Source: Leucoraja erinacea
Lineage: Eukaryota
NCBI RefSeq assembly: GCF_028641065.1
Contig: NC_073407.1
Coordinates: 2,728,001-2,792,000, forward strand
Length of the DNA: 64,000 nt
Direction of reading: 5' to 3'
The notes beneath the pieces were generated by a model. It did no database searches. It saw only the letters and a list, made by a program, of their open reading frames with translations, and was not told where the DNA came from. The stretch's first letter is position 1; each line of letters begins with the position of its first letter. The position numbers and the translations under genes are program-made. Of this stretch, positions 53,845 through 64,000 are shown piece after piece.

Positions 53845-55075
53845 ACATAGAACATAGAGAGAACATCACAGGAACGGGCTCTTCAGCCCACAATGTCTGT
53901 GCCCAACATGATGCTAAGACCAACTCTTATCTCACTGCACATAATCCATATCCCACCATTCAGTGGATATCCATGTGCCTATCAAGTCGCTTCCACACCA
54001 CTCTCTTATCTGTCCCCACCATCACCTTGGCAATGCGTTCCAGGCACTCACCACCCTTGGGTAAAAAAAATCCAAGTCTGTTCATCCTCTCCCTGTAGTG
54101 AACACCCTCTAATCCAGGGCATCATTCTAGCAAACCTCTGCACCGGTTCCAAAGCCGCCTTCCTGTATTGGGGCGACCAGAACGGCTGGAATACTCCAAA
54201 TGTGGTCTGCACAAAGATCTATGAATGCAACATGACTTCCTGACTCTTTGTTATACTAGTACTTGCACCAGTTGATGTTTAGCATTTGGAACAGTTCATT
54301 ATTCCTTTATGGTTGCAAAGTGAGAATTAAATTATAGCTATTTAAAGATGCAGAGGAAGACTTTATCATAATAAACAGATTTGTTTTTTGTTTTTAGTAA
54401 TGTTGATTCCTTTACTCTGGGCGAAAGATTTTGTGCGTTCCTCCTATCTGTTCCGCTCATGATTTTGTGCACTTCTAAGTCCTAGCTCGCCCAACCTTTC
54501 CCAATGGCTCAGGTCATCGAGTCCCTCCAACATCCTTGTAAATATTCTCTACATTTTTTTCATCTTAATGACATCTTGGCCATAGCAGGGTGAGTAAAAC
54601 GGAATACAATACTTCAAATGTGGATTCACCAACATCTTGTACAAATATAACATAACATTCCAACTCTGAAGAAGGATCTCGACCCGAAACATCACCCATT
54701 CCTTATCTCCAGAGATGCTCCAGCTTTTGTATTTATCTTCGGTTTAAACCAGCATCTGCAGTTCCTTCCTACACCTTCCAACTGCTATATTCAGTACACT
54801 GACAGGTGAAGACCAACGTACCAAAAGCCTCCTTTACCACCCTATCTAACTGTGATGCCACTTTTAGAAAACAATGTACCTGTACTCCTAGATCCCTCTG
54901 CTCAATAACACTCCTCAGGCCCCTTCCATTCACCGTGATGGTCCTGCCCAACATGCAAGATCTTACACTTGCCTGCATTACTCCCCGGTTAGTCGCTCCT
55001 CAGCCCACTTGCCCAACTGATCAACATCCTGCGTAACTTCTGTTCACCATCTCCACTGTCATTTGCAAACTTTAG
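53845..55075 (-). mobile_element. CR1 fragments, minus strand
   Basis: Reverse tail catagaacatagag; ORF 54769-54978 reads EQRDLGVQVHCFLKVASQLDRVVKEAFGTL. Confidence 0.8.
54666..54775 (+). mobile_element. Mini-Penelope unit starting exactly at CTGAAGA, 8-bp TSD, inserted in CR1
   Basis: TSD ttccaact at 54658-65 and 54776-83. Confidence 0.85.
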
Positions 55076-55149
55076 AAACCATTTACTATACCAAAGGGAT
55101 CAGTTGTGCAGGACCAGAATAATCAACCCTAATTTGATGGTTAGATAGA

Positions 55150-56575
55150 AACCATAGCCCCAAATGGCATTACAATCTCAGTTACAGAGGCCGACATCAG
55201 ACAATCCTTCCATTGGGTGAACTCTCAAGGCGCCTGGATCCGATGGCATACCTGGTCGTGTTGTTAAAACCTGCGCAGACCAACTAGCTGGAGTTTATGC
55301 AGACATCTTCAACATCTTATTACTGAAGTCTGAGGTTCCCACCTGCTTTAAAAGGGCATCAATAATAAGATGCCCAAGATGAGTAAAGTGACATGCCTCA
55401 ATGACTATCGACCAGTGGCACTGACATCCATGGTGATGAAGTGCTTTCAGAGGTTGGTTTAAATGCATTTCAACTCCTTCCCCAACAAGAACCTGGGCCC
55501 ATTACAATTTGCCTACCACCACTTCAAGTGGATGCGATCTCGCGGGCTCCCCACCCTGCGCTGGACCACCTGGACAATAAACACACATACATCAGGCTGT
55601 TGTTTATAGACTACGGTTTGGCATTTAACACCATCATCCCCACCAAACTGGTTATGAAGCTTACGGAACTGGGTCTCTGCACATCTCTCTGCAACTGGAT
55701 CACCATCAACAAACAACCAACTGTATGAATTGTCAGCAACACTTCCTCCTCTATAAGCATCAGTATGGGAGCACCTCAAATCTACGTACTCAGCCCCCTG
55801 TTCTACTCATTCTATATTCACGACTGTGTAGCCGGACATAGTTTGAACGCCATCTTCAAGTTTACCAATGACACCACCGTTGTTGGATGAATATATAGAT
55901 GGCGATGAGTCAGAGTACAGCAGGGAATCGATCAACTGATCAAATGGTGCCAGAACAACAACCTTGCTCTCAACATCAGTAAGACCAAGGGGCTGATTGT
56001 GGACTTTGGAGGAGGAAGAACGAGGATCCACAAATCTGCCTTCATCGACACGACGGTGGTGGAGAGAGTCAAAAGCTTCAAATTCCTGGGCATGCAAATC
56101 ACTGAAGATCTGTCCTGGACTCGGCAGATTGATGTTATCATAAATAAAGCCCATCAATGCCTCTACCTCCTTAGAAGATTGAGCAGGTTCAGTACTGTAT
56201 GTCAATTAATAATCGCTTGAACTTCTACAGGTGTGCAGTAGGGAGCATATTGACTGGTTGCATCACGGCCTGGTTCGACAATTCGAATGCCCGAGTCCAA
56301 AAAAGATTGCAAAGAGTGGTGAACACTGCCCAGTCCATCATGGGTACTGACCTCCCCACCATCGAAAGAGTAGCTGCTTCAAAAATCATCATCAGAGACC
56401 CACACCATCCTGGCCACACTCTCATTTCCCTCCTACCATCGGGAAGAAGGTATAGGAGCCTGAAAACTGTTACATCCAGGTTCAGGAACAGCTCCTTGCC
56501 TACAACCATCAGGCTATTTATTAAACACTACATCCTCCAAATAGGCTCCAAACTAAATAGACTTAGGGATCTCAG
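55150..56575 (+). mobile_element. Rex1/Babar LINE, ~1.4-kb RT-to-3' fragment, degenerate
   Basis: [63 protein letters not shown]. Confidence 0.9.
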
Positions 56576-56582
56576 TTTTGAA

Positions 56583-56990
56583 TCTATACATACATGACTA
56601 AAACTCTGATCTTGTGCTCTTCCGGTTTGCGCGGATTTTCTATTTGCGCAAAAACAGTACGCGATATTGCTACGATTTGTCGCCAGGTTACTCACCGTTC
56701 TCCTGTGCTGCGAGTGCAACAGGTTTTGTTCCGATTAGTGGTATATTGTAAAAATTATCGAGGTTTAAATCCCTTCAGTCAGCGCCACGCAAATTGGTCT
56801 CTTCTCCTGTCAGTCAATACCAAAGCCGGGATGGCGACGCCCCTTCCTGCCCTACCGGCAGCGACCTGTCCCGCCTCACTGCAATTCACTGTGGCTTCCC
56901 CAATATATCTTTTTTTGAAAAGGAGAGAATAAATTGCATGCTATACTCTAAATTATCATTTTTTATTTTAATGATTTTATTTTAATCATA
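56583..56990 (+). mobile_element. Possible non-autonomous Helitron-like fragment
   Basis: Begins a|tctatacatacatgactaaaactct, resembling Helitron-N 5' ends, with a CpG-rich interior; no clear CTRR 3' end found. Confidence 0.3.
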
Positions 56991-59439
56991 ATGTATTTTA
57001 TGTTCTCAATATTCTGGTTTGCTGCAACTTTAAGGATCGTGGAGCACAGTAATTTCATAAGCACCTCAAATCCCACTGCTGGACCTCGCAATTTGCTTCT
57101 GACACAATGTACACCAACTGCACAGCAGATAAAACCCAACCTTGTACAACATTTCCTCACTGATTGTTCCATTTCTTAATCCAATGATGAAGCTCACCAT
57201 GATCTTTCTGCATATGGCCTGAAAGATGTAATTAGTATTTTTTAATTATCTTGTCATGGATGGCACGGTGGGATTTGAGACTAAGGTATATATTTCTAAC
57301 TGCAGTATTTCATTTCAACACAAGAGCTGTTCCCAGCGTTGGGCATCAAATGTCAAACTAAGCTTTCATTTTTATGGATTTCAAAACTGGAATTAGAGAG
57401 AAGTATTTAAAGTGAATAATTTTTTTGCAGTGGAGTCACTGACAAATTCCATATAAGTTTTTAGGCATTGCAGAAAGTAGAATTAACTGAATGTACTCTT
57501 AGCATTTTCATCAGAACATCAGTGTTACACTAAATGTTGTTTTTGATGATACTGGCAAATTGTATGTTTACTTGCAACGTCAGCGATCCGTTGATCTGAG
57601 GCAGATGTTTTGACAAATTGTTTTTTTTGATATGAGGCTTAGATTGATAAAGTTGGAAAGTATTTATATTGGGTAATGCATGAAACAATGCTTATATGTG
57701 AAATACCCTCAAATTAGGTCATTTGTCGGGGGAGAGTTTATGCTGGAAATATTTATTCATACAAATCAGAATTTAATGGAAACTGATCAATTCTTAGCTT
57801 CTACCTGTTTTGTTTAAATCACTGGCAATGAAAAATGCACAGAGAAATAACGCGTTCTGTTCGCATCCACATGATAATGCAAGCAATATTTACCAAGCTA
57901 TAATACCCATTGTAAATATTCTCACTAAGGCTGAGTTCTATTAGCCTCAGGAAAAGCTACAAATTAGTAATTGGTGATTTATTTGGACTCAACAATACCT
58001 AAATATTTATTTTAAATATTTCACGAGGGCTTTCTTACAACCTACAGATTGTGACATTGTGTGGTTCAGTGTTCCCCCATAAAACAGCAAGCACATTGCA
58101 TGCAACTACATAGCCAGCAATGTCTTTATTTTGTCCTGTAATCTGAAGAATGTACTTTATAAGTCAGCACACCCTTCCTCCAATTGATGTTAGCTACAAT
58201 TAATCAGACCTTTTGTTTAAATGGCTCATGTAATTGTGAAAAAAACAAAGACTTTGGTAAAATACCGTGTTAAATAGCAATGCTGAACATGACGTTGCTG
58301 GAAATATAAAATAAGCTGGTGGGAAGTTATATTGTACATAGCTCAGAGCTGAATTTAGCAGAATTGAAAATATTTGTTTAAGAATTCATTGAGCTGATTC
58401 TGACACAGACAAAAACAAAGACAAAATATTCTTTTATTTCCAGTTTCAAAGACAAAATAATTGAAATCTTATATATTTAAATAATCTCATGTGCAGAAAG
58501 AAATACAAATAATGAACTAGTGTTGGTAAATTCAGCTAATTACCACCTTATTACCATTATGAATTATGATATTGAATTTCAGAATTATACATCAAACATG
58601 GTATAGCTGGAATCATAGCTGTGATGTATAGATATTTTAAAGAAAATAAGCTCTGTATAAATATATACCGACCGCTCACAGTTATTACTTTTTCCGATCT
58701 TTCATTAGTATTCCATTTCATTCTTATGCCACATTCAGAGCTTTCCAGCAGATTAGAGTGCAGACCAACCTAAATGGATTCCCCAGTGAAGTTGTTTTCA
58801 ATAACAAAGCAAAAGGCTACAACCTGAGTTTTAAAGTGCTTTCAGTTTAATGCGTCATTGTTATTGTTGGCATTAAGTTGGAAAACTGATACCCATTTTC
58901 ATCTTTGCTACTCATCACTGGTCACTGTCCAAAGTAATTTAATTCTTGTACTTTAGTTTCATTGTATCAACATGTTCCGACAACCCAGATATATCTTTAC
59001 ATTGGGCTGGTAGTTTTCAGTAACATCTGATCCTGCTGAAGGATTTTGGAGTCCTCATTCTACCCAAGTTGTCAATCTTACCCTGTTCTACTTTTAAATA
59101 TTTTCCACACAAATGGTGCTTTTGATGACCTAAGAACTTCCCAAATGCTTTACATTGGTGAAGCAATTTTAGTTATTTAATCACTACAGATAGAATTACA
59201 GCAAGCTTTTACAAATAGCATGATACCATCAGATGATCTTGTTTTAATGATTTAAGGGGAAAATGTTCTACAGGACGCCTGAGAAAAATTATTCTCTTTC
59301 AAAATAATGCCAAGGGTAGACACAACGTACTAGAGTAACTCAGCGGGTCATGCAGCATCTCTGGAGGATATGGATAGGTGATGTTGTCGGTCACGACCCT
59401 CCTTCAGAAGAAATGCCCCGACCCAACACGTTACCCGAT

Positions 59440-60000
59440 TTGATATGGTTAGTGAATTTCAAGATGGTTTGTACTCTCATGAGTTTAGAGTGAGTAGAGC
59501 AGGGGGTGAGCACACTATCCTTATGTGCTCCTGTGCTGATGGTTAACAAGGACAAAGTGATGTGGTAGTAGGCAAATTGCAGTGAATAGAAGTTGATTGT
59601 TGTCATAACTGACCTCTCAAAGCACTCCATCAACATGGACATTCATACCATCGGTCGGTCGTCATTGAGGCATGATACCTTGCTTCCCTTGTGAACCAAC
59701 ATTATTGATGCCCTTTTAAAGCAGGTGGGAATCTCGGACCTTTGTAATGAGAGGTTGAAGGTGTCTGTAAAATTTCCAGCAGGTTGGTCTGTGCAGGTTT
59801 TAAGAATGTGTCCAGGTATACCATCAGGGCCGGATGGTTTCTGAGCATTCACCCTCAAAGTATCTTCTGACATTGGCCTCGGTGACTGGGATTACAATGC
59901 CATCGAGAGCTATGGGGGCCAGAGAAGGCACATCAGCCACCTCCCTCTCACAGCCAGTATAGAACACCTCGAGCTCACCCAGGAGTGATGTCTCGCTGTC
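59440..60000 (-). mobile_element. Rex1/Babar LINE fragment
   Basis: [36 protein letters not shown]. Confidence 0.8.
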
Positions 60001-60139
60001 ACTTGAGATATCATAGATATTTATAAAACCTTTATAAACTGTATTTTGATATATTTTAGCTTGCTTTGTATTTTGTTTGCTTGAAATTTCTGAGGTTGTG
60101 AGAAATAGTTCGAGCAGCCCACAGGTTGTCCACTTGTAC

Positions 60140-60500
60140 AATCTCAAAGAAATCGGTGGTGGTCTGCGGCATCTTCCACGCTATCGTGTGCTGGTGTAGC
60201 AGGGCGAAGGCCACAGACGCCAACAGAATCAACAAGCTCATCAGGAAGGCTGGCTCCTTCCTGGGAGTGGAGTTGGATTAATTGGAGGTGAGGATGCTCC
60301 TCAAACTGCAGAACATCTTGGGCAATACAGGTCACACCCTCCATGACACACTGGTCAACCTGAGGAGCACCTTCAGCACCAGACTGGTTCCACCGAGATG
60401 CAGCACAGAACGCCACAGAAGATCCTTTTTCCCTGTGGCTATCAAACTGTACAACTCCTCCCCCTTCTGTGGTAGGGATAGATTGACTCCCCTTCCACCT
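60140..60500 (+). mobile_element. Rex1/Babar-like LINE 3' fragment (different family)
   Basis: HTLHDTLVNLRSTFSTRLVPPRCSTERHRRSFFPVAIKLYN. Confidence 0.8.
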
Positions 60501-60921
60501 CCCCCCCCCCCCCCCCCCCCCCCCCCCCATTTTATGACAACTCTGCCTGTGTTGACGGACCGGAAACGTCACCCATTGCTTTTCTCCAGGGATGCTGCCT
60601 GACCCGCTGAGTTACTCCAACCTTTTGTGTCTGTGCTGTCACTGTCACTGTCACTGACAGCCGGGAACAAAATATACACCATAACAACATAGTCTTCTCA
60701 TGTCATCATGTGTGCCAGTGCACTTCATTAGCAGCCACACTGATACTCGATTATTTAGTGTATGGTGTTAGCAGCACTAAACCCCCCTGGGCTAAATCGC
60801 GACCCTTCGGTGAGTTTGTGAGACATGATTAAATAAAGATGGATTGGGCTGAAACCATTTGTAAGGGGATATAGTTAGCTGCAATGGAATGCAGAATATT
60901 AAACCTGTGGAGCAAGGAATA

Positions 60922-62321
60922 CAGTGCCCTCCATAATGTTTGGGACAAAGAGCCACCATTTATTTATTTGCCGCTGTACTCCACAATTTGAGATTTGTAA
61001 TAGAAAAAAATCACATGTGGCTAAAATGCATGTTGTCAGATTTTGTTAAAGGGTACTTGATAGAGGTCTTTAAAATGATGAGAGGGATAGACAGAGTTGA
61101 CGTGGATAAGCTTTTTCCATTGAGAGTAGGGAAGATTCAAACAAGAGGACATGATTTGAGAATTAAGGGACAAACGTTTAGGGGTAACATGAGGGGGAAC
61201 TTCTTTACTCAGACAGTGGTAGCTGTGTGGAATGAGCTTCCAGTGGAAGTGGTGGAGGCAGGTTCGATTTTATAACTTAAAAATAAATTGGATAGGTATA
61301 TGGACAGGAACGGAATGGAGAGTTATGGTCTGAGTGCAGGTAGAAGGGACTAGGTGAGAGTAAGTGTTTGGCACGGACTAGAAGGGTCGTGATGGCCTGT
61401 TTCCGTGCTGTAATTGTAATATGGTATTTTTATACATTTTGGTTTCACCATGTAGAAATTACTGCTATGTCTATGCATAGCCCCCCATTTCAGGGCACCA
61501 TAATATTTGGGACACATGGCTTCACAGGCATTTGTAATTGCCCAGGTGTGTTTAATGCAGTTATAAGAGAGCTTTCAGCACCTCAAGTCAAGTCAACTTT
61601 ATTTGTCACATACACATACAAGATGTGCAGTGACCTAGACTTTCCTCCAGTCTTTCCATCACCTTTGGAAACTTGTATTGCTGTTTATCAACATGAGGAC
61701 CAAAGCTGTGCCAATGAGGCCATTATGAGACTGAGAAAAAAGAATAAAACTGTTAGAGACATCAGCCAAACCTTAGGCTTACCAAAAATCAACTGTTTGG
61801 AACATCATTAAGAAGAAAGAGAGCACTGATGAGCTTACAAATAGCAAAGGGACTGGCAGGCCAAGGAAGACATCCACAGCTAATGACAGAATTCTCTCTA
61901 TAATAAAGAAAAATCCCCAAACACCTGTACGACAGATCAGAAGCACTCTTCAGGAGTCAGGTGTGGATTTGTCAATGACCATTGTCCACAGAAGACTTCA
62001 TGAACAGAAATACAGAGGCTACAATGGAAGGTGCAAACCACTGGTTAGCCACAAAAATAGGTTGGCCATTACAGTTTACCAAGAAGTACTTAAAAGAACA
62101 ACCACAGTTCTGGAAAAAGGTCTTGTGGACAGATGAGAGGAAGATTAACTGAGATCAGAGTAATAGCAAGAGCAAAGTATGGAGGAGAGAAGAACTGCCC
62201 AAGATCCAAAGCATATCACCTCATCTGTGAAACACAGTGGTGGGGGTGTTATGGCCTGGGCATGTATGGCTGCTGAAGGTACTGGCTCATTTATCTTCAT
62301 TGGTGATACAACTGCTGATGG
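60922..62321 (+). mobile_element. Second, 3'-truncated copy of the Tc1 IR/DR transposon; contains a CR1 3'-end insert (~61055-61422) and a LINE-tail insert (~61584-61633)
   Basis: ta|cagtgccctccataatgtttgggaca TIR; degenerate transposase (GRPRK, WKKVLWTDERKIN) homologous to 14498-17186. Confidence 0.9.
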
Positions 62322-62859
62322 CTCATAGCACCTAAAAAAAGTCTTAAAATATTTGTTTCATAAAATCAGCTCCATTTGTCCACAGTACAAAGACTTTTAT
62401 GTTCTTTATTAGTATCCTATCGACTTCTGCGGTCAGTAGTTGGGGGGGGAAACGGGCAGTACAACAAAGTAAATTCATGTTTTCAGCTTCCATACTGAGT
62501 TAGCAATCCATGCTAAACAAAGGTTAGTTTCTTCCCCCCAGATAAATTGGTGAAATTTAAAAAAAAGTTCTAATTCCTTCCTGCTTTGGATTAGCTTTCT
62601 TAAACAGCCTGGAGGCAATTTGTTTGCACATTTGAGAATGGCAACTGTGTTAGCTGTGGCCTGCTTCGTAATATTCTCCATTGGAAGGTTGTGCCTCATA
62701 TTCCAATCCAGAGGCATGAACATTATTTAAAAAAAATCTCTTCACAGAATCTTTCACAGGTACAGCACTAATTGCTCATCTTTGAACTGGATGCAAAAAA
62801 TAATTTCACAGTACCGATGTAAATGTGACAATCATGATGTAGCTCTATAAGACTTCGGT

Positions 62860-64000
62860 CATGTCACATTTGGAGTATTACATGCAGTTCTGGTCGCCCC
62901 ATTACAGGTTAGAATGTAGCCTTCGGAGAGGGTACAGAGGAGGTTTACCTGAATGCTGCTTGGATTAGAGGGCTGAAGCTGCAGGGAAAGGTCTGGTAAA
63001 CATAGATTGTTTTCTCCATGGAACGTTGGTTGAGGAGAGACTTGATAGAGGTGTACAAAATTATGCATAGAGAAGCATAGATAGGGTAGACAGACAGGAT
63101 TCTCCGTCGGTATGTCAAGGATATGGATCATGTACAGGTATGGTATCAGTTTAGCTTGACATCATGTTCGACACAAACATTATGGGCCAAAGTTTCTATT
63201 CTATGTTTTGTGACTGTAGAGAAGGACAGGAAATATAAGCAACAGAAACTAAATGCAGAGTGAATAAAAATTGTTTATGTAAAAGCACACAGCATTTGTA
63301 ATCAGATAAATATGACTTGAATGGTAACATCCAAGGCAGAAAGGTGTGGTAACTTTGTTCATCAAGAATTATGAGAAAACTGTCAAGAACTTTGGATAAA
63401 TAAAAAGGAAGAGGATAATTAAAGCAAGTGTGGGACTTGGGAAATGAATGACAGGAAAAGACTGGAAATTAATGACATAAAGCAAGTAAATGGCAGATAG
63501 GTTAAATTACAAAACGTTGGAGTAACTCAGCGGGACAGGTTAAATCAATACTTCGCATGCGTCTTCACAGTGAAGGGCACTGCATATATTCCAAAGATAT
63601 TTGATAGTTGAAAATAGCATGAAAGAAATTATAATAATCTATATCACAAAGGACAAGGTTTTGGAAAAGGCCAGAAGACTAAAAGCAGGCAAGGACCTGC
63701 AGGCCTGCACGCAGTATCTGAAAGGAAGCACCTGCAGAGGGAGTGGAGCCATAGCTGGAAGTGTTTCAAAAATCAACAAGCTCGAGGAGGGTCCAAGAAG
63801 GGAGGAGGACAAGTAGATTGTGAAGGCCATGTTAGCTTAACAGCTGATTCTGGAGACTGCAATCCAGGAAGAAGTGGCTAGTCACACATAGAATCTAAGG
63901 CAATCAAACCAAGTCAATGTGGTTTTTGATGAAATGGAAACCAAGCTCAACAAATGAATTACATACTTTGAGGAAGTAGCAAGCAGAGTAGATTGATGAG
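62860..64000 (+). mobile_element. Old CR1 fragments
   Basis: catttggagtatt..gcagttctggtcgcc, gagacttgatagaggtgtacaaaattatg, and tacttcgcatgcgtcttcacagtg (YFASVFT-like). Confidence 0.6.

Overview
Repeat-rich eukaryotic DNA, most consistent with a cartilaginous fish (skate, ray or shark), judged from HE1/V-SINE-type tRNA SINEs whose 3' tails match CR1 LINE tails. It is probably the intron of a large gene, and no intact host CDS is visible. The window is a mosaic of decayed CR1 and Rex1/Babar LINEs, Neptune-type Penelope-like elements (RT + GIY-YIG), two IR/DR Tc1 transposons, hAT/Charlie relics and several non-autonomous DNA elements with clear TIRs and TSDs. Three signals stand out. (1) About 20 short (95-200 bp) Penelope-derived units carry a minimal type-I hammerhead-ribozyme motif (CUGAAGA-stem II-GAAAC-GUC). 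Many are individually flanked by 8-20 bp TSDs and several start right at the ribozyme core. (2) 'Pack'-like DNA transposons have conserved ends but unrelated, palindrome-rich cargo, including a tRNA-Met-like segment and a 3-kb composite with a 6-bp TSD. (3) There are two candidate host exons (40264-40311 and 4969-4997). All calls were made by eye, and boundaries of old repeats are approximate.
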